A DNA stretch of 63,526 nucleotides, the filler included, from Craspedostauros australis (Eukaryota), in assembly GCA_030167865.1 (NCBI GenBank). It is 13 parts of 13 records of this genome, joined end to end, with 100 filler letters (N's around TTAATTAATTAA, not from the genome) between each part and the next. Parts side by side here need not be neighbours in the genome. Positions count along the whole stretch, not along the records: positions 18,667 to 36,079 come from JALAGF010004005.1; positions 36,180 to 37,924 come from JALAGF010004006.1; 11 more parts are not named here. One strand, given 5' to 3'. Made by a program: the position numbers and the translations under genes. A model generated the notes under the pieces. That model did no database searches and was not told the origin of the DNA. It saw nothing but the letters and a program-made list of their open reading frames with translations. This document shows positions 25,737 through 38,024 of this stretch, one piece after another; the stretch's first letter is position 1, and every line of letters begins with the position of its first letter.

Positions 25737-26800
25737 ACTCAGCTCGACGTCGGTGAACTCGTCCGTGATGACCTTCGTGACGACCTCGCGCCACAGCTGG
25801 CTGACGTCGAGGACGTTGGCCTTGTCGACGCTGCAGAGCTTGCCCGTGCGCTTGCTGGCGACGTCACCGGCGACGCGGGCGATGCGGTCGATCTCGTTTT
25901 CGGCGTAGATCATGTTGTTGTAACCGACGCGTTGGCCTGGAATATGTCGAAGCGATGTTTGCCGTGGCGGTTGCATTTGCATTGAAGCCAACAAATGTAG
26001 AGTAGAGCAAGGTAATCACATGCAGCAATGAGTGTTAGTCTTGATGCGCTGGAGTGTGACGGGTCCCTTCCACAATCATCCTCGTGATCACAATCATTCA
26101 CACCACTATGATCACTGCTGTCATCACTGAACAATACTGTACCAGCACATCACAACAAAACAAGAGAAATCCATTCTCCAGAATCCATCCTCAGCGAATC
26201 CTCGTGTGCAACTTGTCACTCACCATCCACAACATCGATACCCTTGGGCGTGCCGAAGTAAACATCGCCCGTCAATTCACGCACGACCATAACATCGACA
26301 CCCTCCACGACCTCGCGCTTCAAGGTCGAAGCATCGAGCAGCTGCGGCAAGACCTTGGCGGGACGCAGATTGGCGAAGAGCCCCATCTCCTTGCGCATCT
26401 TGAGCAGTCCCGACTCGGGACGCAATTCGCGCGGGTTGTTGTCCCACTTGTATCCTCCGATGCAGGCCAGCAGGACGGAATCCGAGGCCAGGCACTGCTC
26501 CAGCGATTCCTGTGGGAAGGGGTCGTTGGCGGCGTCGATGGCGCAGCCGCCGATGAGGGCCTCCTTGAGTTCGATCTCGAAGCCGCATTTGGTGCAGAGG
26601 GCCTCGAGCGTGTGCTTCGTGGCCTCGGTGATCTCGGGGCCGATGCCGTCGCCAGGCAGGAGGGTCACGGAGTAGGTGTCCTTCTTGGCGACCGCGTGCA
26701 GGGCGGAAGGGGCGTGGGCATTGTGCGTCACGACGAAGGCCTGGCTGCTGGCGATGGCCGATGCGAGGAGGAACGTGATGGCGGAACCGAATCGGGGCAT
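25290..26800 (-). CDS. leuB: 3-isopropylmalate dehydrogenase, plastid-targeted; exon 1 26800-26224, exon 2 25936-25290
   Basis: [63 protein letters not shown] and [12 protein letters not shown]. The GTGAGT...CCAG intron (26223-25937) restores the frame (VDG|QRVG). Signal peptide ends SQA-F. Confidence 0.97.
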
Positions 26801-27245
26801 TGTACTACGAGTTTGTATGTTATAATAGTAGAGTACGTGTATAGCAGGTGCAGATCGTAGATAGTATGTGCTGTGGATTGACTTTGTGATGCAGGGATCG
26901 CAGCAGACGGTTTCCATCTCCGGCCACCGTCCTTCGCGTCAACGGAACAAGATCATGGTCGGCACGCGATTGCGATTGCGATGTGATTTGATGTGAGGCG
27001 CCGCGAAAAACGCACTTGTTGTGTGGATTGGTTTTGTACTGTCTGTCAGGCGTCGGTTCCACGCGTATCTTTTGACACCTGTTGGCATTTGTTTCCGCTT
27101 TCCTTTTGTTCTGTTTGTTTGTGACGTTTTCTTCTGTTGCTTTCCTTCCATTTTCATGAGCTCACAACTGCCGCAACCATCGCAACTCCCAAAGTATCCA
27201 TAGTAGCTGCTTCATCTGCATCCATCTCCGATCAACTGCAGCACC
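26801..27245. promoter_or_regulatory. Probable bidirectional promoter region between leuB and ctpA
   Basis: 445 nt separate the two divergent ATGs. Inferred from gene geometry only. Confidence 0.55.
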
Positions 27246-28898
27246 ATGACCTTCAGAATACCCAAGTTGGGCTTTGTGGGAGCCGTTGTTCTCCTCGCAT
27301 CTCATTGCCGATATTCACACGGGGTTGCTGCATTCCAACCGAGCCTGCTTCCGACGCACGTCGTCCGACGATTGGCATCACCAGTAAACGATGACGCTTC
27401 TTCTTCTTCCACTTTGCCATCATTGCGGATGCGATCTGCCTCGCAGGATGACAACGGCACTGCAGATGATGGGAGATCAAAGCATCCATCAGCATCGGAA
27501 TGGATGGACAAGGCCCGCGAAGGCACCAACTCCGTCGCAAAGACGATCGCGCAGTACTCGATAATGTGCCTCATCGCAGGCAGCCTCATCTTTGCACCGC
27601 TTCCTCACATTGGCGCAGACAGTGCCGACCAATTCATTGCAAACGCAGCCACCACGACGGAGGTTGCGAATCAGCAGCAGCCAGCGACTCCGTTGGAACA
27701 GACGTGGGGCCTCGTCGACAAGTACTACATCGACAAATCTTTCAACGGTCAGGACTGGGATAAGGTGCTCGCCAGATACCAGAAGCGTCTTTCTTCGTCC
27801 ACCGACGACAGCACCATGATGAAGTACACGACGGAGATGGTCCAATCGCTGGGCGACCGCTACACGCGCGTCCTGACCACGGAACAATACACCAGCATCC
27901 AAAAGTACGATCTCATCGGCGTTGGCGTCACGTTGATGCCCAACGCGCAGAAGCAGATCATCGTCGGCGCGCCACCCATCGGCGGTTCCGCCTCGGCCAA
28001 GGCCAACCTGCAGGTCGGCGATCGCATCCTCGCCGTCAACGGCTTGCAGACCGAAGGACGCACGGCCTTCGACATCATCGATCAAATCTCGGAACAGCCC
28101 AACGCGCGCACCATCACCTTCACGGTCCAAAAGGTGGACGACGATGTCGCCGCGGATCTCACCCTCGAACGTGCCAATTTCGCCGAAATCAAGAATCCCG
28201 TCCAATTCAAGATGGCGGAGCGCCGCGCCGACGGCACCAACGTGGGATACATCCGCATGACGGAATTCAATTCCCAGATCAAGGCCAAGCTCGAGGATGC
28301 CCTGCGCGATTTGCAACGCGACGGCGCCAACGCCATCGTGCTGGATCTGCGCGGCAACACGGGCGGCGCCTTCCAATCGGCTGTCGAGATTTCCAACTTC
28401 TTTTTGCCGTCCAACACAATCGCGACGTACGTCGTCGATGGCAACAACGTCGAACTGCCGTTCCGCACGACTACGAGCGGCGATCTGCACGTATCGGACG
28501 ACGTGCCCATCGTGATTTGGCTCGACGGTATGTCGGCCTCCGCGTCGGAAGTCTTCGCCGGATCGATGCACGACAATTGCCGCGCCGTCACGATGGGCAG
28601 CAAGTCGTTTGGGAAAGGCTTGATCCAGGCCGTCTACGGATTGCGCAACGGCGCGGGGTTGGTGCTCACGGTGGCCAAGTACATCACGCCGAACGGCACG
28701 GAGATTCAGGGCATCGGCCTCACGCCCGATATCGCAGTGGGGCTCGTGCCGTCCGTCATTCCGGGGTTGGGCTCCGATACGAGCAAGGTCAATTTCGGTG
28801 ATATCTCCAAGCGCACCGGGATATGCAGTTTGCCGCAGGAACGTGTCAAAGTCGGCAGTGTCGAGAGCACGTTGATGACGTCGGAATCGGAGTCGTGA
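27246..28898 (+). CDS. ctpA: C-terminal processing peptidase (S41A, PDZ domain), plastid/thylakoid-lumen targeted, 550 aa
   Basis: SLGDRYTR, IGVGV (PDZ), GYIRMTEFN, LDLRGNTGG, catalytic SASASE and SFGKGLIQ. Signal peptide ends VAA-F; a later hydrophobic stretch ends A-N-A. Confidence 0.93.
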   Translation: MTFRIPKLGFVGAVVLLASHCRYSHGVAAFQPSLLPTHVVRRLASPVNDDASSSSTLPSLRMRSASQDDNGTADDGRSKHPSASEWMDKAREGTNSVAKTIAQYSIMCLIAGSLIFAPLPHIGADSADQFIANAATTTEVANQQQPATPLEQTWGLVDKYYIDKSFNGQDWDKVLARYQKRLSSSTDDSTMMKYTTEMVQSLGDRYTRVLTTEQYTSIQKYDLIGVGVTLMPNAQKQIIVGAPPIGGSASAKANLQVGDRILAVNGLQTEGRTAFDIIDQISEQPNARTITFTVQKVDDDVAADLTLERANFAEIKNPVQFKMAERRADGTNVGYIRMTEFNSQIKAKLEDALRDLQRDGANAIVLDLRGNTGGAFQSAVEISNFFLPSNTIATYVVDGNNVELPFRTTTSGDLHVSDDVPIVIWLDGMSASASEVFAGSMHDNCRAVTMGSKSFGKGLIQAVYGLRNGAGLVLTVAKYITPNGTEIQGIGLTPDIAVGLVPSVIPGLGSDTSKVNFGDISKRTGICSLPQERVKVGSVESTLMTSESES

Positions 28899-29837
28899 GA
28901 TTATCGGAAAGTTGGCCTATTCTCTCTCTCTGTCTCCAGAGGTTATCTGAAGTTGGTGACTGTTCAAACGATAGTAGAGTACTCCATGCTCCAGGGTTTG
29001 TGCTACACCGGTATCAATGCAAAATGCTTCTAATGAACAACAAAGTAGCTTTGTCTCAACATGGCATTATCACAGAAGGGTGGTTGAAGTGCGGCAAAAA
29101 ACCATGCTCGTACTCTACTCTATCCCTCTGAATTCGGTGACGCGAATAATAGTAAAGGTGCTGGTTTTGCGATTGTTGCTGAAAATGAATTCACTCCACA
29201 AGTATCAATAAGTACGAGCTGCCTCCAATGTACGCATGTATACTACGTTTGCAAGCTGACCGTATTGCTTAGACGATTGATGGAAGCGAACGATGGGACA
29301 GCATGCAAAGCATGGCAGTCACAGGGTACTTGCTGGTGTTTGCCAGCTCTGTCCTTGAATGGAGGTCTTGCAACAGCTGCTGCATCACACATCAAGCATG
29401 GCATCATTTTGTCATGCCATCAACTACGCCCAAGCTCCTTTGGTGCCTGAATTGAGTCTAACTATCGCGATTGGCCGCTTGGGCAGCAGTTTTCTCGATG
29501 TTGAAACAGGTCTCTCCACACAGTTTGCTACCAACCCAGTAGTCTCTGGTTACATTGATTCATGTGTTGTTGTTGTTGTACTAGTAGTTGTTACCTGCAC
29601 TGTTTGCTTGTGTCATTGTCTGGGGATCATGAGTTCATTTTCATGCCATCCGCCATCTGGACTTCAGTGTGCAATTTATCATCACCTTCACTATGCTTCA
29701 TCATGTCATTCTGGCAGTTGTTTTGCCAGAATCAAACCACTTCATTTCACAATTTATACTGCAGTTCACCGTGTTGTGGCCTCCTTCATGCATTTTGCAT
29801 GACTGATTGTCATGCCTCTTGGCGATCTGCTCCTTTC

Positions 29838-29960
29838 TCTCACATGGTTGCTTGTTTCTCATACATGGCTGATAGGTCCCATCACATGGTCGTTGGATCA
29901 CATCACATGGTCTTTGGATCTCATCACATGGTCTTTGGTCAATACTTACCCATGGTTGGG
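29838..29960. repeat. 21-nt minisatellite (CATCACATGGTCkTTGGATCw): 3 good copies at 29880-29940 plus degenerate flanking copies
   Basis: The CATGG core recurs with roughly 21-nt periodicity. Confidence 0.8.
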
Positions 29961-30129
29961 TCAATCGTATATTGGTCCCATATCTCAATTTCCATGTTCT
30001 CCAAGTCATCCATTATTTCTACATAGAGTCAGGATCAATCTCACTTTTGCCAAAGACGGATCCAAGCTTCTCATTTTGGCTGACCAAACCTGGTCTCACG
30101 TTTTCCAAAATATTTTGTCTGTCTTGACA

Positions 30130-30169
30130 TCCTTCATGGTGCTCCCAACTTCATTGATGAGATGGATGT
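30130..30169. repeat. Dispersed repeat matching 36040-36079
   Basis: TCCTTCaTGGTGCTCCCAACTTCATTgaTGAGaTGGATGT versus TCCTTCgTGGTGCTCCCAACTTCATTtgTGAGgTGGATGT. The second copy is cut by a spacer. Confidence 0.75.
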
Positions 30170-31338
30170 TCTTGTCAATCGCCTTGGTTGAGCATCGATT
30201 CTCTGCAAGTCACAAGCCAAGATGGTGGCCCTCATGTCTCTGGATAGAACGCACATGGTATTGTGTCTTGGTGGTCCATGCAGCAGGAACAGCAGAGGCG
30301 ACACGGTATCACTCTGCCTGTTGATTGCTGAACAAGTCAACTCATCCCGATGCACGATGTGGTGTTGGTTTGATGTTGGGGACTCTTGTTGCCTGTTCAG
30401 ATGGTGATGCTTGCAATGCGGTGGGATGGCAACCAGCCAAGTCCAAATGAAACGGGTCGCAACCAACAGAGGCAACGAACAAAGGCAACCAACGAAGGTA
30501 GCACATCGGTGGCTTCATCTTTGTTCGAGGCATTGGTTCACACCTCAAGTTGGTGCTTGCGATGGCAGGCGGACGAGGGGCAGCAGTCTTGCAGATGTCA
30601 TGATGACGCAAGCAAGCGTGGCCCATGGTGTACATGGTGGTGGTGATGACAGCTCCCTCTGTCTCTGTATCCCTGCCTCCGAAGACTTCCGCGTTGTTTG
30701 CTTCGAATTGATGTGGTGTTGATTGTGGCTGGAGTCAAGGTGTTGGAGACAGGCTCGAGTCGCAAGACTGTTCAGGGCGACGGAAACACCATCAACGATC
30801 TCTCGCATTCGTTGTGCTTCGACAGATGTCCACACAGTCATTGGTCTTCTTCGGTGATCTGACTCATAGTCGTATCAGTCGAAGAATCTCGTTTTCGACA
30901 ATGCCACACAACAGAACCCTGTTGTTGTCAGAACCCTCTGTTGTCTTCCTTCTTGTTGTTGTTCACGTAGTCGTAGTAGTACATACTCGTGATGGATGGG
31001 AACAGGAGGATCCAAGGCCGCACGAACCAGAGAGGGGTGCGATCAAGAGAAGGAGGCAAACACGACGATGCTTGTGCCCAACGAGAGAAAGAGAGGACAC
31101 GTGCGAACAAGACAACAACACACACCACTCAACCCCATACTCGAGCACATCAACAACAGACATCGCATTGCCACTCATATTCATCACACAGTGTGGTATT
31201 CAGACCAATACATGCCATTGAACACACACAATCGATATCTCTGCCATAGATAGTTCAGACTACACACTTCCTTGACAGCCAATTCGACGTCGATCATCCA
31301 ACGTCAATCGTCCAGCAACCATTGACCATCCTCTCAAA

Positions 31339-32520
31339 ATGCCGAATGTTACGAACGAACAACTCCTTGAGGCTGCCGAGGAAGGTGACTTGTTGGTGTT
31401 GAAGGAATGGAAGAAGCAGAGCACGATGCAGAATGAAGGAGTTGATGTCAACAAGGTTACAGACAGGAGTGGTCAGACTCCCCTTCATTATGCATGCATG
31501 TATGACCACCTGGAGTGTGTGAAGTACCTCATCGAATCATGTGGGGCGAACATCAACTGCAAAGACGACGATGGTGACACTCCCCTTCATGTGGCATGCT
31601 TGTGTGGCTACCTGGGGTGTGTGAAGTACCTCATCGAATCAGGTGGGGCGGACATCAGCTGCAAAGACAATGATGGTGACACTCCCCTCCATAAGGCATG
31701 CATCAACGGCCACCTGGAGTGTATGGAGTCCCTCCTCGAATCATGTGAGGCGGACATCAACTGCAAAGCCAACGATGGTGCCACTCCCCTTCACTACGCA
31801 TGCCACAACGGCCGCCTGGAGTGTGTGAAGTACCTCATCGAATCATGTGGGGCGAACATCAACTGCGAAGACGACGATGGTGACACTCCCCTTCATGTGG
31901 CATGCTTGTGTGGCTACCTGGGGTGTGTGAAGTACCTCATCGAATCATGCGGGGCAAACATCAACTGCCAAAACAACCACGGTTCCACACCCCTTCATTG
32001 GGCATGCGACAACGGCCACCTGGAGTGTATGGAGTCCCTCATTAGAGGACTTTCGCCTTCAGCTCACCCACAACTGCAACAACTGCAGCAGCACTTACAA
32101 CAAAACGAACAAGCAAATGAACAACCACAAGCACAGTTGAGACAGCAGTTGAAGCGAAAGAGCCAAGAGAATGAACACAAACACAGCAGCCACAAGAGGA
32201 CCAACGTCAGCATTGGAGAAGACCGACTCAAATCCTTCTAAACTGGGAACAGGACAGACACCATCTTCTTGTGTGGACAGGGCAACTAACAGCAACCAAT
32301 CAAGGCAAACGCCGAAGTTCTCATGATCACCGTCCCATCCATTGAGACACTGATCGACAAAGGAATCCAACATCACCACGCGAATGATGGCACCGAAGAC
32401 TACGTGGCCCCATCCAAACAACCATCGCTCTTCCAAACCTTCAACCAAACCATGTCCGATACATCCTCCAATGAATCTACACAGGCAAGATATCCTTCAA
32501 CAACAACACTCATGACGACA
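31339..32520 (+). pseudogene. Paralog of the ankyrin-BTB gene: 6 intact ANK repeats, BTB disrupted
   Basis: The N-terminus NEQLLEAAEEGDLLVLKEWKKQ matches that of 22576-24399. After TAA at 32239 the frame continues TDTIFLCGQGN*QQPIKANAEVLMITVPSIETLIDKGIQH, then frameshifts into LPNLQPNHVRYILQ*IYTGKISF. Confidence 0.88.
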
Positions 32521-32676
32521 CCGATGATGATGACGCAAACCAGCGTCTCTTCATGCAACGCAACTCTGTTCGATGATGGCGATGGCGATGGCGATGACGA
32601 CCCCTCCAACGGCACCACATCCCTTCATTGGTACCACCGACGCAAACGCAAACGCAAACACAAACAATCAGACAAG

Positions 32677-35015
32677 ATGACAAAGCATCGACATCCAAGA
32701 GGAACTGTGGGAAGCCTCGCCAGTTGCTCTGCACCTTGACCTACCCGTTGTACAACTATGAGTATGGAACCTTCCATGAGCACGATCTACTCTGGGAGTT
32801 GCCACAGCCAAGTGTCCAGCCTGATACTCTGTTCGAACCTTCGTCCAGCCCGTGCGGTCATGACGATTGAAGTTGCTGGAAGAGGACGGTGTCAGACTGA
32901 TAGCAGAGAAGCAAACGGAGACCAAGCAACCGCAACAGACTGACACGAAATCGAAGGCGAGCAAGCCCACCAGCGTCGCCAAAGAGGCCAAAGCAGCTGC
33001 AACATCAGGTGGTTGTGCGAGTGTCAGCACAGATACACCAAGCAGCGCCAATAGAAGTACAGCGAAAGATGCGAAAGCTTCGGCTGTGAAACCATCACGT
33101 GCGAAGAGTCTGGACATGCTCGACTTGCAAGCTCACGACTTGCAAGCTCACGAGATGTCATTCAGCTCCCTTGATCCCAACAAGTTCATCAACAACGAAC
33201 CGATGCCTGTGCCAAACACCCCAGGTGGACTCAGCTTCGCCACAGCCCCGGCACTCGGCGCAACCTGCGAACGGAGCAGCCAAGACAAGACGAAGCTTGC
33301 CCAGAGTCGGAGACGCAGGCCAAGGACACAAACGAATTCCAACGGAACGACCAGCAGCGCCAAATCGAGGAACAAGAGTTTGGAATTCTCGAAGGACGGA
33401 CGCAACATGCCAGTCACACCAGACACATCAGACATACCAGGCGCGATGAGCGCAGCCAGCATCCCAGCTCTACCTCGAGTTGCGACAACGGAGAAGTCAC
33501 GCAGCAAGAGCTTGGAGTCACTGTCGAATCTGCCAAGTCTCTACGACGACGACGATGGCAGCGTCGACGTTGCGACAAGTGCTGCTGCAACGAACGGTGG
33601 GAGAAGCTTGGCGGCCCCTGTCACGCCCGGAGGTCGGAGCTCAGCATCTACACCATCCCCCTTCAGCCGCACACATGAAAAGAGACAGCCGTTTTCGTCA
33701 TTGAACAAGCGCAGGTCGACGTTGGACAGCATCCTCAAGGCCAAACGATCATCATTACGTGAAGTGCCGTTGACCAATCCTGCCAAATCGAAGCAACAAC
33801 CATCTCTGGAATCCCGACCATCGCAATTGGCCGATCTTGCCTTGACTGAAGTATCCGCAAAGGCGCCATCATCGCCATCATCATCGCCGTCGCCACTGTC
33901 ATCATCATCACAGTCCAAATCCAAACTCAATCTTCAACAGTTCGAACGCAACCACGGAGGTGTCTCGGCCACAACCCCAAGCCCCATCCAGTCCTGGAGC
34001 CTTGAGTTTGGGAATCGAATTGCAATCGAGCAAGAAGGAACAGGTGACTCCTTCTCACAACAGATCTGCATGCAGTTCGTTGTGCCCAAGTGAAGACTCA
34101 AAGCAACAACGTTCATGTGGACGAAGCACGGGTGCTCTGTGCGAGGCGATCAAGGAAACGTTCTCCAAGGTGCTTGGCAATGGGCCCCGACGTCACCACT
34201 CCAGCAAAACATGAGGTGTGCCATCACCATTGATATCACCATCGATATCACCGTCGCCACGGCATCGGCGGAGGAGCGCACAGCACACCAGTGACAAGCC
34301 GCACTCGACATCGTCAAGATCAATGAGTGCGGAGTGTTCGCCATCAATGCGTCATCGTCGCGACGGAGCAATTCACACATCCTCCTCTGGAAGAAGCTGC
34401 CGCTCGCCATCGGTGCGGATTCGTCGAAGAACTGCGCAAGTATCGATGGACTCATCGCCATCATCACGGCGACAAGGAACATCTGGCAGTTCGGATGGTA
34501 TACACGCAGCCTCGCGTTCACGCGAAGCCAACTCAAATGCGCACTCCGCTGGTACTGGTTTGCAACGGCGCAAGTGCTCACCTTCCCGAACGCATGCCCG
34601 AGGAAGTTCGCGAAGACCAAATCAACGTTATCGTAGCCAATCGACACCATGTGGCGAAGATCAGCGAAGGAAGTCCTCTGATGAACGATCACCATCGGCG
34701 CGACAACGAAACAGATCAAGAGGATATCGAAATTATAGCGTTGAACGGTACAACAATGAGCGAGATGAAGATGGACGACATGGCAAGGGACGACATGGCA
34801 AACAACAGCATGACAACAGACGTTCGTCATCACGCAGGACCCTTCAATCAAATCGTCATGGACGAAGCAGATCATCGACTCGCGATGCTGTCTACCATGA
34901 GAAGCTCTCTGGCACAAAGTCACTGCAACTCACACCAAAGAAAGCGGTCAAGAGCAAGAGCGCGTCTAAGTACCGCGATCGCTTGATGAATGGTACCAAA
35001 ACTCCCACCCCGTGA
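32677..35015 (+). pseudogene. Long Ser/Thr/Arg-rich low-complexity coding region broken by stops and frameshifts
   Basis: ORFs 32867-34093, 33960-34214 and 34218-35015. The last two share a frame separated by a single TGA (34212-34214). No domain recognised. Confidence 0.45.
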
Positions 35016-36179
35016 TGCATCATGACACGATGGGAGTAAATGAGATGTGGGGGCCGCTCCGTATTTGTATCATACTCATAGAGGTGTGGTAGACTCACGT
35101 CCCTGTATGTAATACACCTACGAATAGACTGTAATGCTCTATAATCTGTATGGTTGGAACAGTACCGCATGTACTATATCTGCTTGTGCAATAGAACACT
35201 GTGATGAAGTCACCAGATGTGTCAAGAGATTGAAGGGCTGGATACTGCTCCCGTGCTGCCTCTGCCTTGTCTACGACTACTCGTGTGCGCCCTCTACGAT
35301 ACATACCCACACAAGGATGTTGCCGATGTCATTCACCAGCAGATTGGACGTCCGTGGTTCCGCCCACACTCCGCCATGAGCATCATTGTTGGTTCATTGC
35401 ACAGACAAAGAACGCAAGGCAGCAGCATGTTCACAAGCTGTGCGGTCGTCGCAGTGCGGTCGTCACCGTGCCGCCGGATTCGCACACAGAGCACTCTCCA
35501 CTCCAAGTCACACACTGCCAAGCAGATTGAAAGCTACAGTGCCAATGCCAGCCAATCCAAGTTTCTGGAAGAGACGATCTACGAAGAGCACGTGGCGAAC
35601 AAAGCAGAGGGAAATGACGAGAAGCCGCAAGGAGCATGGTTGCTACGCGATTCCATCGACCGTCCCGTATCGCGCTATTGTCCTCATCTCCAGGAGTTGC
35701 GCTCCCGCCATTGTGCCAAAACTGCAGTCGAGACCCTCACCAAGTCCCAGAAGGAGCGATCACTCGCCGTTGGAGCAACAAATGCCAGGGTCACCATCCA
35801 TTCCAATCTTCGAAGCGACCAGTGCCAGCGTGGCGGAAAGACAAGAACCGACGAGGTAGTGGAGTCCAAGCATCCAGAGAGCTTGACGAGCAACAGAAGC
35901 AACCAACGAACCAATGAGCAACCCCATGCAGAGTGCGAGTTCCGTATTGCGGATCATGGTTGACACAGAGTTTCCATATGGCAGATGAAGCACATGGTCA
36001 GCGATCCATGGCCCATGGATACCGTACACCCACATGTCCTCCTTCGTGGTGCTCCCAACTTCATTTGTGAGGTGGATGTNNNNNNNNNNNNNNNNNNNNN
36101 NNNNNNNNNNNNNNNNNNNNNNNTTAATTAATTAANNNNNNNNNNNNNNNNNNNNNNNNNNNNNNNNNNNNNNNNNNNN

Positions 36180-37346
36180 CTTGACCTTGCGACTGGAAGG
36201 TTCATCCACAAAGATGAAGTCTCGACTGGCGACGCGAACGGAACTCAATGCACCAACAGGGATCAAGCGTTTGGATTCGGTGATCACACGCTTGAGATGA
36301 CCGTTGGATTGTTCCGGATCGCCCTGCAACAACGATTGCTGCAGCTCCTTCATCTCCTTGGGGTGCTTTGCGAGTAACGTGAGAGTGTTGGCAAGTGTGT
36401 ATCCCGTTGTATCAAAACCGCCGATAGCCAAGGAAAGGAGCTCCGCAATCTTCTCCTTCTCGGACATACTGTACGGATTGGACTCGACCATCTTAATCAG
36501 CGTGTTGTGTTCCGATTTGTTGGGATTCTCGCGATAGGCTTTCAAAATCTTCTTCACAAAGTCCTGTAAAGCGGAACAGGATTTGCGCGCCACCCAGACT
36601 TCTGGGATCATGAAGCTGAGTGCTTTCCGCAAAGGATTGATGGCTTGGCGAAGGATGAATTCACGTGCAGCCACTTCGAAGTTGGACGCGAAGAAGTGGA
36701 AGTCTTCGGGAGTCGATTCGTATTCGAAGGCTGCTTCCATGATGGATTTGAATACGACCTTTGGCAATTCGATGGATGGGTCGAACGTGGCGTCGGTGTC
36801 TGCCAGCTTCTCGAGGAACTCTGTTTCCCACTGCTTGGAGTACTTCGTGCAGATGGAATTCATCCGGTTGACTTCCGAAGAAGAAAGCGAGTGCAAGATA
36901 GCTTTCCTCATTTGCTTCGTATGTGGGTCAAGTGTTGAGCGCGTGGGCAGCTGCCTGTGTCCCATCAAGGTGTCGGCACCTGTGAGCAGTTGCAACGGCT
37001 TGTCAGTCGTCTTGTCAAGCAGAATCTCACGTTGATGCTTCGCGGAGCAGAGAACATACATACCACTGGGGATGGGGATGTTGTGCTGGAAGATGGACGA
37101 TCCCAAAGATTCTCGAAGTTGGAGATGCCACCATGGCGATTCGGATGACACAAACATCTTGATAGACTCCATAATCCCAACAGTAGTCTTGACCGGAGCA
37201 TCCTTGGCGGGTGGTCTACTCAAGACGACGACAACCCATCCCACGGCAAGTGCCAATGAGATGACAATTGCACCTGCGATGTTGTCTCGCAATGCCATTG
37301 CCAAGTCAAAGTCCATCAACATGACTGTCGTTGTTGTCGTGTTCAT
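36180..37346 (-). CDS. Cytochrome P450 paralog of 2961-4427, 3' truncated before the heme motif
   Basis: Colinear with the first P450 (ALRDNIA, PPAKDAPVK, LGSSIFQHNIP, SIMEAAFEYESTPEDF). I-helix GGFDTT and ESKR are present. Confidence 0.92.
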
Positions 37347-37741
37347 CGTTGCAATTCAGATCGTGTGATATTGGTGTTCCTTTGTTCGAATTGTGAGATT
37401 GTGTGAGGAATGCGTGGGGTCGATGCGTGATCTGATCATGCTCGTGGGGGTTCTGTGGCCTGGGGTGAACGAAGAAGGCAACCTTCGTTGGTGGCGGATG
37501 TGTCACGAAAGTCCGATTGATGGCCAATCGATGGATGGTTGCTTCCGCGCATGATCGACCATTATTCCGTTCTGTCGCTTCCACCAACGGCAGTGATCCG
37601 GACCGCCAAAACTGCAATGAATCTCCTGCGCCCATCATTGGTTTTCTACGGGCTATTCTATTCGTACTCTGCAAGTACTGCTTCCAGCGCGGGAGACAAC
37701 AGCGGACGGCTGTCGAGAGAACGGAAATGAACAATGACACC

Positions 37742-37813
37742 TGTTGGAAATCCGGGGTTATAGATATAGTCTAATGCTTATTAAACTGTACCGTTTTAGA
37801 ACTGTGAGAACAA
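37742..37813. mobile_element. LTR-like terminus related to 8327-8398
   Basis: TGTTGGAAATCCGG and GTACCrTTTTAGAACTGTGAGAACAA occur at identical spacing in both copies; similarity starts abruptly at the TG. Confidence 0.6.
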
Positions 37814-38024
37814 CATACTCCTTTCTCAAATCGTCAACTTGTTTGCCCATGATGATGCTGATGGCCTCCTGTAGTTGCCCCTCATGATCATCATTGCAGT
37901 CTCTCTCTGTCATGTCCATTTCATNNNNNNNNNNNNNNNNNNNNNNNNNNNNNNNNNNNNNNNNNNNNTTAATTAATTAANNNNNNNNNNNNNNNNNNNN
38001 NNNNNNNNNNNNNNNNNNNNNNNN

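Noticed and set aside
27489..28571. Long antisense ORFs (also 2814-3578, 26084-26860, 45579-46190, 54492-55124)
   Set aside because: They are shadows of GC-rich real genes on the opposite strand and carry no motifs of their own.
32239..32290. Stop-codon reassignment or readthrough (TAA as Gln) explaining in-frame stops
   Set aside because: A frameshift accompanies the stops, and intact genes use TAA, TGA and TAG as normal terminators (leuB, ctpA, the LRR gene).
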